The notes beneath the pieces were generated by a model. It did no database searches. It was given only the letters and a program-made list of their open reading frames with translations, and was not told the DNA's origin. From the NCBI GenBank assembly GCA_946965045.2, contig OX337229.1, positions 806,001 to 870,000 of the forward strand: 64,000 nucleotides of DNA, in the 5' to 3' direction. Every line of letters starts with the position of its first letter. Position 1 is the stretch's first letter. This DNA comes from Epithemia pelagica. Taxonomy: Eukaryota; Protista; Bacillariophyta. The translations under genes were made by a program, and so were the position numbers. Below are positions 54,870 through 64,000 of the stretch, one piece after another.

Positions 54870-56768
54870 ATGACAAAGAACCTTCGAAATACGCTGGTGG
54901 TCCCTGAAAATGACGACGATCCGCAAACTCCCAAGGAAACCACCCTGAGAAATAGCACTGCGGCACCCTTGTTGTTGTCCAAGACAACCAGTCCTCATCC
55001 GCAGTCTTGGATTCGCGGTGTGAATTTGGGAGGATGGTTAATGATGGAACGCTACATTACACCATACCAATTTGCCTTGACGACCTGTCACATTCAAGGG
55101 GACTTTTGTTGGTATCCCGGTCAAATCAATGCTCCACCCAATGCACCCCTTTGTGATTTGAAAAAATGTCCACCCCTGCTGAGTCACAATGTCTTTGGCA
55201 AACTCGATTATCCTCTCGATGAATATTCCTTGTGGAAAGCCTTTGGTACCAACAATACCAAGATTGCCGAAGAATGGTTGAACTATCATTTGGAATACTT
55301 TATTACCGAACAAGATATTGTTGCCGTCAAGGCATCGGGTGCCACCCATGTTCGGTTGCCCCTCCCGCATTGGATTTTGCAATCGCAATCCGAGATTCAC
55401 GCCGCAGGAGAGGTGTGGCTGGTCGGACAGCGGTGGCAAGCCTTGCAACGTGTCGTGGACTGGTCTCGTCGGCATGGCTTGCAAGTCTGGCCCGATTTGC
55501 ATACGGCACCCGGCTCGCAAAATGGCTTTGACAATTCCGGACGACAATTCAAAACCGTCACCTGTCAAGGATGGTCGGACCATCCCCAACACGTCGAGGC
55601 AACCTTGGAGGTGCTCCGACAAGTCACGCGACGCATGGTCGACGATGGAATGCAAGACGTGGTGACCGGCTTTGGATTGCTCAATGAACCCTTTTCCGAT
55701 TGCGATGTGCATCATTCGCAAGTCTATTACGAGTTTTTGGAACAAGGTCTCGACATTGTCCGCACCAATTTGGGTCCCCAAGCCCACGTCTATGTCGGTG
55801 ACTTGTTCAAACCGGGCCTGTTCAACAATGGGAATTGGTGGTTGAATGCGGCCCGGTACAACAATACCTATATTGATTCCCATCATTACCACGTGTTTGC
55901 CGAAACGCATCGCGCCCTGAGTCCTCGACAACACATTGCCTTGACCTGTCAAGACGAATATCACGTGGAAAAGGATCCCTACAAGGTTCCGGGTGGAGTC
56001 GCCTCGTGTTGTTGGAAGGATCCACCGCACAATACCATTCCCTCGCAAGGCGTCCGACGCATGATTGGAGAATGGAGTGTGGCAGTCGACACCTTGCCCG
56101 CCGATCTCTTGTATGACATGTTGCAACACGTGGCCCAAACTGGAACCCTTTGGCAGTTGCATCGTCAAGTCTCGCCCGAACGACAAGACTTTTTGCGGAA
56201 TTTTGCCCAAGCGCAAATGGTAATTTACGAAATGGCCGATCAACAAGGATTGGGCGCGGCCTGGTTTTTTTGGACCGTCAAAATGGAGGGCGGAGCCTTT
56301 GCCGAATGGGATTATTTGCGCGGCATTCGAGAAGGATGGATTCCGCCCATTCCGGCCCCCACCGTCTCGAGTCAATCCCTGTATGGCTCCTGTTATGAAA
56401 TCATGGCCCGGACGGCCGACAATACCAGTATTTTGCACGAATTTCCGGCCCCCCACGACATTGATCCCGGAGAATGGTTGGGGCCCATTTTGGATGACGA
56501 TGTCATTGTCAGTCATGGAGAATCCATTTTGCATCCCGAACAATACAATGCCTCTCGCGCATCATCGTCAGCGTCGTCGTCGTCATGGCCCTGGTGGACG
56601 CTGCCCAGTCCAGGATGGACGGGACGAGCTCTGGGAGCCGTCTTGGTCATGGCCTGTCTCAGTCTCTGGTATATCTGTCGTCGACACCGTCCGCGTCGTC
56701 GTCTCGGCGGCCCTGGGGGAACCAAAGATGGTTACTCACCCATTCCCGAAGCCGACGTGGCCCACTAA
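54870..56768 (+). CDS. GH5 exo-1,3-beta-glucanase-like protein 1 with C-terminal TM anchor (N-terminus unresolved)
   Basis: RGVNLGGWL, DLHTAPGSQNGFDNSG, LLNEP, GEWS, WFFWT.KME; TM helix then GYSPI. Confidence 0.88.
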   Translation: MTKNLRNTLVVPENDDDPQTPKETTLRNSTAAPLLLSKTTSPHPQSWIRGVNLGGWLMMERYITPYQFALTTCHIQGDFCWYPGQINAPPNAPLCDLKKCPPLLSHNVFGKLDYPLDEYSLWKAFGTNNTKIAEEWLNYHLEYFITEQDIVAVKASGATHVRLPLPHWILQSQSEIHAAGEVWLVGQRWQALQRVVDWSRRHGLQVWPDLHTAPGSQNGFDNSGRQFKTVTCQGWSDHPQHVEATLEVLRQVTRRMVDDGMQDVVTGFGLLNEPFSDCDVHHSQVYYEFLEQGLDIVRTNLGPQAHVYVGDLFKPGLFNNGNWWLNAARYNNTYIDSHHYHVFAETHRALSPRQHIALTCQDEYHVEKDPYKVPGGVASCCWKDPPHNTIPSQGVRRMIGEWSVAVDTLPADLLYDMLQHVAQTGTLWQLHRQVSPERQDFLRNFAQAQMVIYEMADQQGLGAAWFFWTVKMEGGAFAEWDYLRGIREGWIPPIPAPTVSSQSLYGSCYEIMARTADNTSILHEFPAPHDIDPGEWLGPILDDDVIVSHGESILHPEQYNASRASSSASSSSWPWWTLPSPGWTGRALGAVLVMACLSLWYICRRHRPRRRLGGPGGTKDGYSPIPEADVAH

Positions 56769-57027
56769 CGAATCCGGTTGGTGGTGTTCTTGTCCTCCTC
56801 CGGGTTGGCTCCATTCTATCTTTTTCTCTCTCTCGAAACCACCCTTTTTCGCACCCATGGACAGTGGGACCACACTTGCTACGTAACGAACGAAATAGAC
56901 ACTGCTCCACAAGGCACTCGTAATGATGAACGTCCTGTACTACTACTACAACAACAACAAGTCATTTTCTATATTGGAACCTCGTGTTTGTGGTTTCTAG
57001 TGTGTGTATATGTATTCCGGACAGTGC

Positions 57028-58248
57028 CTATTTCGTGGAATCGTCCGTTGGTTGTGGTTCTTGTTGTTGTGGTTGTCGGTGTTGTGCCACTTTGTCGGAC
57101 AATTCGTGCAACAATCGGAGGACCAACTCCTTGCTCAATCCCATGACACTATCGACCGTACCCTCCATGCGAACGAGGCAGTCTTGCACCAAGGGGTGTT
57201 CCACCATGAGTGCTCCGGCACAGGACAGGACGGGTTGCTCGTCTTGGAGCAAGGCGTCAATAATATTCGTCGTATCGGGGGAGGATGGTTGTTGCTGCAA
57301 GGCGGGATGATGTGGTTGGAAATACAGGGTGGCCGTATCGACGCCCGATACTTGGAGACCGGTTGCCACATGATGCAAGACACAGGATCCGACGGTACTG
57401 GGTGGATGTGTGGGATACAGGGCCACAAATTCCTTGGCTTGTTGCACCGATTCGGGTTTTTCGAGAATTTGACCATGACACGTGACGACCTGATCGGCCG
57501 TCAACACAATCAAGTCATCCCAGGAATGGCTATTGGTGCGATGATTGGTGGTTGGCAATTCGTCGTGGCACTGGCCGGCTCGAATTTCCTGGACCAAATG
57601 CTTCATTTTGGCCAGACCCAATTGCAGGACCAACTCGTCCGGACGGTCCGTTGTTCGATTGCCAATGCCCTTTTCGTCAATGGGTCGCACCACAATGTGA
57701 AAGGGCAGACCGAGTTCCTTCAAAATGAGTTTGCGCGTAAAGGAGGCAGATCCCAAAATAATGGGAAATGGGAGATTGGAAAAGGCGTCCATATTCAAGG
57801 AGGAAGAAGGATTGTTGCTGTCCGTACTTGTGCTGAAATGGGCCAATCGTTGGGGGGAGAAGTTGCCTCCACCACCACGAAACCACCGTGTCGTGGGACC
57901 TGCTGCTGCTCTTGACGTTTGGACAAACCCAGGTATCCGGATTCGTTGTTGTTGTTGTTGTTTTTGGAGTGTCACCCAACCTCCACGACGACAACCACCA
58001 CCACCACCACTACCAAAACGGCCTCCTGCAGTAGTGCGCAGAATCGTTCGTGCCACTGGTGTGGTCGACACGGTCGTCGAGATCGACACAATTACTATGG
58101 TCCACACGGCAAGAATGGCAAGGATCCTGCAAGAATGACAACGACAACCACAGAGCCGAACACGACGACGACCAAAAGATGATGAAATGGAACCGGACAA
58201 GGGATCGTTTTCTACTTCTTTGTTTCTGGAACAAGATACACTCGTCAT
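57028..58248 (-). CDS. maf: Maf/YhdE-family nucleoside-triphosphate pyrophosphatase with long N-terminal extension
   Basis: IILGSASFTRKLIL, PIDEK, LTADQVV, ILEKP, CAGALMVE, DSVMGL. Confidence 0.88.
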   Translation of the reverse strand: MTSVSCSRNKEVENDPLSGSISSSFGRRRVRLCGCRCHSCRILAILAVWTIVIVSISTTVSTTPVARTILRTTAGGRFGSGGGGGCRRGGWVTLQKQQQQQRIRIPGFVQTSRAAAGPTTRWFRGGGGNFSPQRLAHFSTSTDSNNPSSSLNMDAFSNLPFPIILGSASFTRKLILKELGLPFHIVVRPIDEKGIGNRTTDRPDELVLQLGLAKMKHLVQEIRAGQCHDELPTTNHRTNSHSWDDLIVLTADQVVTCHGQILEKPESVQQAKEFVALYPTHPPSTVGSCVLHHVATGLQVSGVDTATLYFQPHHPALQQQPSSPDTTNIIDALLQDEQPVLSCAGALMVEHPLVQDCLVRMEGTVDSVMGLSKELVLRLLHELSDKVAQHRQPQQQEPQPTDDSTK

Positions 58249-58613
58249 GGCGCCATTGTCATGCTGGTGTGTGTGATGGAGTACAGACAGACAGACCGAC
58301 GAACGAATCTTTGCGATCTTTTTCGGTCGCCCTTATTTCAGCCAAAGATCCAGAACCAGAAGTGCCGACCGACGAACCCAAGAAGATCATCATCTTTTGG
58401 GTGGCTGTGATCCCCTCACACCATTCAAAAGAAAGAGACAAAAGGCATCATCACACACAAGACCAGCCAACAACAACAAGTGTGTGGAACGACAGAAGTG
58501 CTGCCGATCCACAGTTTGGTTTCGTCGTCTCGTGACACTTGCTCTTGTCGTCGTCGTGTCCGTTTCATTAGTAGCTGGGGATAGAGAAGAACCGAAATCA
58601 TTGCAGAGGCAGA

Positions 58614-60500
58614 ATGAGTCGTTCCGCCAAGAATCCAAACGACCCACCACCACCACCACCACAATCGTGGATTCGTGGTGTGAATTTGGGTGGTTGGTTG
58701 TTGTTGGAACGCTACATTACACCCTATCAATTTGCCCTAACGACCTGTCACATTCAAGGAGACTTTTGTTGGTATCCCGGTCAAATCAATGCTCCACCCA
58801 ATGCCCCCCTGTGTGACATTTATCGGTGTCATCCCGTACAAACCATTAATGTCTTGGGCCAAGTCGATTATCCCATGGACGAATATTCCCTGTGGCAAGC
58901 CTTTGGGGCCAACAATACCGAGATTGCCGAAGAATGGTTGAACTATCATTTGGAATACTTTATTACCGAACAAGATATTATCGACATTCGCGCCTCGGGT
59001 GCCACCCATGTACGGGTCCCCCTCGCCCATTGGAGTTTGCCCGATGACGACGACGAACAACTCGAACAAGAGGAGTCGGGTGGTGATCGTCCCCTCTGGA
59101 TTGTCGGGAAACGATGGCAAGCCTTGCAACGGGTCGTGCACTGGTGTCGACAGCATGGCTTGCAAGTCTGGCCCGACATTCATACGGCACCGGGATCGCA
59201 AAATGGCTTTGACAATTCCGGTCGACAAAAAGCGACACCCACCTGTCAGGGATGGATGAACCATCCCGAAAATGTCCAAGCCTCCTTGAACGTGATTGAA
59301 CGGGTCGCCCATCGCATTCGACAGGATAACATGACCGATGTCATTACTGGCTTTGGATTGCTCAATGAACCCTTTCGCGATTGCAACCTGACGCAGTACA
59401 AGGACTTTGTCGAACACGGCTTGGAGTTGGTACGCCGCATTTTGGGACCAGCCACCCATGTCTATGTATCCGACTTGTTTCAACCCGAGGCCTTTAACAA
59501 TTGGTGGCTCGATGCCCATCGGTATCATGACACGTATTTGGATACGCATTATTATCACGTCTTTTCCGAAACTACGCGCGCGCTCAGTCCCAAACAACAC
59601 ATTGCCTTGACGTGTCAAAATCAATACCATGTTCCCCGCAAAGTCAAAAAAACACAGGGCGGCATTGCCTCGTGTTGTTACCACCAAACCAATACTACTA
59701 CCAGCAATACTACCACGACGACGACCACCATTGTACCGGGTGCCATTCAACGCATGGTGGGCGAATGGAGTGTGGCTGTGGATCAGTTACCGGTCGATTT
59801 GTTATATGCCGTCCTGCAGCACGTGGCGGAAACGGGTTTGGCCTTGGACCTCGATCGACAATTGTCACCGGAACGGCAAGCCTTTTTGCGACACTTTGCC
59901 CAAGCGCAAATGGTCATTTACGAAACGGCCAGTCTCCCTGGGTTGAGTGGCGCCTGGTTTTATTGGACGGCCAAAATGGAAGGTGGAGCCTTTGCCGAAT
60001 GGGATTATTTGCGCGGTATTCGCGAAGGATGGATTCCGACGTTGCCAGCCTCACCCACGATATCCAGTGAATCCCTCTATGGATCCTGTTATGACATTCT
60101 GGCCCGGACCGTTGACAATGCCAGCCTCGTTCACGAATATCCTCCTCCGAAACCCAAAACGGAAAAGCCGCAAACAACAACCACACCTTCCGAAGATGAT
60201 GACAATTGGCAAGGCATGGCCTTGGATGACGATATCGTCTTGAGTCATGGACAAAGCCTCGTGACGCATCCCTCCTCCTTGTTGTCTTCGTCCTCGTCGT
60301 TTCGGGCCAGTCGTATCAGTGGCACTAATGGATGGACCGACGCCCAGGCGGCCACTTCCACTACCACGAGTACTACCAGCATGACCTTTACCAGTCTCAT
60401 CGTCGTCGTCGTGGTGGTCCTGGTGGGAGCGGCCATATGGCAGTATCCACGTCGTCCCCGTCCACGACGGGCCGGATACAGTGCGCTTCCCCAATCCTAG
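58614..60500 (+). CDS. GH5 exo-1,3-beta-glucanase-like protein 2 with C-terminal TM anchor (N-terminus unresolved)
   Basis: Paralog of 54870-56768 with NEP and GEWS intact; TM helix then GYSAL. Confidence 0.88.
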   Translation: MSRSAKNPNDPPPPPPQSWIRGVNLGGWLLLERYITPYQFALTTCHIQGDFCWYPGQINAPPNAPLCDIYRCHPVQTINVLGQVDYPMDEYSLWQAFGANNTEIAEEWLNYHLEYFITEQDIIDIRASGATHVRVPLAHWSLPDDDDEQLEQEESGGDRPLWIVGKRWQALQRVVHWCRQHGLQVWPDIHTAPGSQNGFDNSGRQKATPTCQGWMNHPENVQASLNVIERVAHRIRQDNMTDVITGFGLLNEPFRDCNLTQYKDFVEHGLELVRRILGPATHVYVSDLFQPEAFNNWWLDAHRYHDTYLDTHYYHVFSETTRALSPKQHIALTCQNQYHVPRKVKKTQGGIASCCYHQTNTTTSNTTTTTTTIVPGAIQRMVGEWSVAVDQLPVDLLYAVLQHVAETGLALDLDRQLSPERQAFLRHFAQAQMVIYETASLPGLSGAWFYWTAKMEGGAFAEWDYLRGIREGWIPTLPASPTISSESLYGSCYDILARTVDNASLVHEYPPPKPKTEKPQTTTTPSEDDDNWQGMALDDDIVLSHGQSLVTHPSSLLSSSSSFRASRISGTNGWTDAQAATSTTTSTTSMTFTSLIVVVVVVLVGAAIWQYPRRPRPRRAGYSALPQS

Positions 60501-60618
60501 GTAACCCAAACAAGACGCCCTTCTTCTCTCTCCAAAGAATGGACCACCACCATCAGGAACCAACCACCCAGAAATTCCAACACCCGCAGACTCATCATAC
60601 TACTTTTACACCGACACG

Positions 60619-60636
60619 CACACACACACACACACA
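60619..60636 (+). repeat. (CA)9 microsatellite
   Basis: Direct reading. Confidence 0.9.
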
Positions 60637-61202
60637 TTTGGCTTCCGTAGACACTGTTAGGAATAGATGTCTCGTAGTAGAAGAAAGGACTGGATCTCGA
60701 ACTAGAAAGAGAAAGGTACACATGGTTAGCAGCACCCAGAAATAACAATCAAGACTTGGTGATGGACGATCAAGTTGCAACTTATATATCCCAGTTTTGT
60801 CGTCAGAGGATCTCTTCTATCGTCTGTATATGGTGACCAATATGCAGGTTGTTGTGAAAAGGAGTCTACTCCTAGTCCTCCACTCTACACTAGTGATAGA
60901 CCGAGAGAGATGGCATGCGAAACATCGATTTGGATGTAGATCACACATGCATTGCCTGACTCTGGTTCGTCGAAAACCATTCTAGACGAGAGGAAATACC
61001 ATTTTCTGCCATTGGCGTGCCCATTCTTCGGCGACTTTCCCATTGACAATGAGGAAAGGCGAACATAGAGTGCATATTCGGTTCCCTTTTGATGCACTGC
61101 ACTCGTGAATCAACAAAATTTTTTGGATTTTCTGCACGGACCCGGAAAGGTCGACACAGCAGCAAGGTCGAGCGAGAAGAGGACAGCCGAGGCCATCTCA
61201 CA

Positions 61203-62033
61203 ATGGAGACGGCAAAGGAACAGGGCGAAGAGCGTACACATCGCGCAAGACCAATAGACGAAGAAAATGAGGTACAACAGCTCCTCCTGTTGACGTGGAA
61301 TAAATATTCTCCTCATCCGGATGGAGGGGATTTACTATCAAAGGAGCAAATTCACGTGATTGGCAGGGAGGACCATGGCCCCTTTTGCTGTCTCCTGGAG
61401 GATCTGGAACTGCATGATGATGATGCCTTGGGAGAATGGGGTGAGATATCATTAACAATAAAGCTTGTCCATTGGGAAACAAAGAAAACAAAGAAACTGA
61501 AGGTTGACAATGTGGGACGTGATACGAACGCCTGTCCAAAGGAGAAATACAAAGCAACACTATTGGCTTCCTGTAACTTTACTTTGTGGCAGGATGAGAG
61601 TAACGCCAGTTTGATGAATTTCAATCAAAAGGAAAGGTATTTGGCCAGCTTGTGTCGCGACCTTTGGACCAGCGCGGGAGAGCCCAAACATGAATACAAT
61701 AATTTTGCCATTGAAATGGGGCGTTCTCGTCATTCTCATGTTCGTATCAATGATCTGATTCGAACCATTGCCAACAGGACGAGAAACGAATCGGATCAAA
61801 TACACTCCACAGACTGTTTTCAAACAGCGTACATAAAAAACTGTAACTGCAACGATGAGTCGGCCAGCAAAGTTCTGTTGGAAGGTCTTGTGACTCTCCT
61901 GGATGCAGATTGTATCCTCATTGCCCGTGGCTCTCACATGGAGAAGCTTGGGTGGATCCCCTCAGGATTCTTTTCTCTGCCATCATCCGGAGACTTGGAG
62001 GAAAGATGGTACCTCCACATTCCCAAACATTAA
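61203..62033 (+). CDS. Hypothetical protein (~276 aa)
   Basis: Clean ATG-initiated ORF; no family recognised. Confidence 0.55.
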   Translation: METAKEQGEERTHRARPIDEENEVQQLLLLTWNKYSPHPDGGDLLSKEQIHVIGREDHGPFCCLLEDLELHDDDALGEWGEISLTIKLVHWETKKTKKLKVDNVGRDTNACPKEKYKATLLASCNFTLWQDESNASLMNFNQKERYLASLCRDLWTSAGEPKHEYNNFAIEMGRSRHSHVRINDLIRTIANRTRNESDQIHSTDCFQTAYIKNCNCNDESASKVLLEGLVTLLDADCILIARGSHMEKLGWIPSGFFSLPSSGDLEERWYLHIPKH

Positions 62034-62959
62034 TATCTCACGGAGGAATCATGTTGCGCATTTCCTGAGTCTCTCGTAGTTATGGCTGGAACACAGAGAT
62101 GAGAAAAAAATACCAAGGCTGGAGACGGACAAGCTGTCCCAACATTTGTATCGATAGCTGTATACGTTCTCCTTTCTCTCATTTGATAAAAAGACTTGTG
62201 GGAGTGCAAAGTCTGTGTTGCTACTTGATGATGATTAGAATATGGATGGATTGTTGACAATGGTACTACATCGGTCAGGAACATGTGGTGACGATTGACG
62301 ATAGGAGAAAACACCATGAGCTAGAGGTAACCTTACTCCGCTTGCTTTGGTTCCTTTGCTAGATTTGGTCGCGGATTGTGGAGGATGAATACGCGTTGGT
62401 CCTTACCCGGGCAAGAGATCTCTTGACGACTCTTGAGATTTGAGATTTGAGATGTACTATTACTAACTCCATACCAGACTGTGTAGGTAGTTCGTCTCAC
62501 ATTTTTATACTACAGTAGGAATTTTTTGTACGACCGGGAAGTAGTTTCGTGCGAGTCGCACGGTTTCCCTTTCGTGTGTGACACTTGTGAGACACTTGTG
62601 TGACACTTTGTGACATGGCTTCTAGGAATTTCTCACTACCTACACAGCTTGATAGGGAGTAAGTTTACTACTTCCCTGTGTCTGGCCGTCCTCTCGCGTC
62701 GGGCGCGCCCGGCTTGTCGGGAGAATGACTCGACGGGCAATTGTCTTGTCGGGCGTGCGTCCTCCTTGACCATTGCCCTCCTCGTCATTCTACCCTCCGC
62801 GCCGGGCGGTCCCTCCTTGAAAGGACTCAACACCGGGAAGTATTAATACTACTTTAGGAACAGTGTACAGATACTTATTGGTCATATGACCTTCTGCCTA
62901 TTCGTATATAATAATTCGGACTTTCGAATTTTTATTCAGAGTTCAGAGGGAAAATCACC

Positions 62960-64000
62960 ATGGCACGACGATTCTTGTTGGTGGTCACGGCATGGACCAC
63001 TCTGGTCCTTTCGACGGATCCAGACTCGTCGTCCTCGCCGGTGATTCAGAATCGTACCACAGTGCTAGCAGCGGAGGACGAAGATCAAGATCCGCATGCC
63101 ATCAAAATTCGTAGATTGATTGGACCGGTGGATCAGATTGTGGTGGATCGCTACAAAAAAGTGCCTACCGGCTTTCGCAAGCATCCTTCGTACTATTCGG
63201 AACGGTACTTAAGACGTGCCAGGACGTACAAGGGCGCCGAAAAGGACAAACTCGATCAATGGGGCAAATGGGAATTCCAAGATCCCGATGAATCCTCTCG
63301 TCCAGGAAATGCCTTTTACGACGACGAAAAGTATACCCATCGCGATGTCCCTCGCAAGGATTTTCCCAAAACGGCCTGGCAAACCGACAAGAAGTACTTG
63401 TCCAAGTTTTTGCCCGAAGCCCTCCAGCTGACAAATCGTGCCTTGGAAGCCATTTTGGCCGAATATGGTCGTGGTAAGGACGACATGCCGGGGGCATCCT
63501 TTGACGAACGAAGTGCACCCTTTCAACCCCGGGTTGGCGACCAGGGGAGTGGTGGAGGAGGGTACATGAAACCATCGTCCTATGAGGGCCTCAAACGTCG
63601 TATTTGGCATGCCGTCATGACGGAAGATCGATTCACCTTTGCCATGGCTGGACATTCGGCTGCGGCAGGTACGTTGTGTACAAGAAACCTTGTGGATAGA
63701 GGAGAGGAAGCAAGGCCCTCACACATCTCTCCTCGTCCTTTGTTGCTTTCTTGTACTCTCTACAGGCCATGGCAACAATTTTCAACAATCGTATACACTT
63801 CAAATTGGACGCATTTGTGAACCAATCTTTGCTCGATTGGGTGTCAAATTTTCGGCTCGCAACTTTGGCTACGGGGGTTTAGGAACGCTTCAAAACGCCT
63901 TGGCCTCGGCCGATATTTTTGGACACGATGTGGATTGTTTACTCTGGGACTCGTCCATGACTGAAAAGGCACCTGAGGCCATTGGAATCTTGGCCATTCA
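62960..64000 (+). CDS. Secreted/membrane hypothetical protein, possibly SGNH-hydrolase-like (runs off the window); intron 63669-63765
   Basis: Signal peptide; splicing gives AMAGHSAAAG|HGNNFQQSY...ARNFGYGG...LLWDSSMTE. Confidence 0.75.

Noticed and set aside
58480-58613. Hydrophobic signal-like stretch out of frame with GH5-2 (and a similar problem upstream of GH5-1 at ~54800) as programmed phase variation
   Set aside because: An unrecognised intron or consensus indel is simpler; this cannot be resolved without RNA reads.
47676-59750. Long antisense or overlapping ORFs (e.g. 47676-48596, 48636-49724, 52170-53222, 55038-56543, 57004-57915, 58737-59750)
   Set aside because: Shadow frames of codon-biased real genes (SufD, PK, GH5, Maf); no motifs of their own.

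Overview
Eukaryotic nuclear DNA, most likely from a pennate diatom. This is inferred from the CoDi-type Copia element, bipartite plastid-targeting N-termini, short GTACGT/GTAAGT..YAG introns, an HSF with polyQ and a mitochondrial-type pyruvate kinase. Bases 665-15086 are a full-length tyrosine-recombinase retrotransposon on the minus strand with split direct repeats (A1-gag-pol-YR-B1-A2-B2, Ngaro/PAT architecture). Its RT/RNaseH frame is interrupted by a complete 8.3-kb Copia element on the plus strand, with apparently identical 758-bp LTRs, a GGAGG target duplication and an extra 5' ORF. The YR retroelement shows two recoding signals: gag and pol are in one frame separated by a single UAG, and a canonical -1 slippery heptamer sits where the AUG-less YR frame opens. 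The Copia primer site looks complementary to a half tRNA-Asn. At 16-18.6 kb, a chymotrypsin-fold gene with a catalytic Cys (GDCG) and triple NLS-like repeats is flanked by ~390-bp direct repeats. At ~30-36 kb lies a Crypton-like YR DNA-transposon region with two orphan ORFs; a perfect 13-6-13 inverted repeat covers the splice donor of its recombinase gene. The rest is host genes: ABA4/DUF4281-like, NYN-SAP nuclease, PPR, HSF, HIG1, tRNA-Leu(UAA), double GT23, p24, COQ8, ABM monooxygenase, ZW10, SufD, HemE, pyruvate kinase, two GH5 exo-glucanases around a Maf gene, and several unknowns. All calls come from reading the sequence; no database searches were run.
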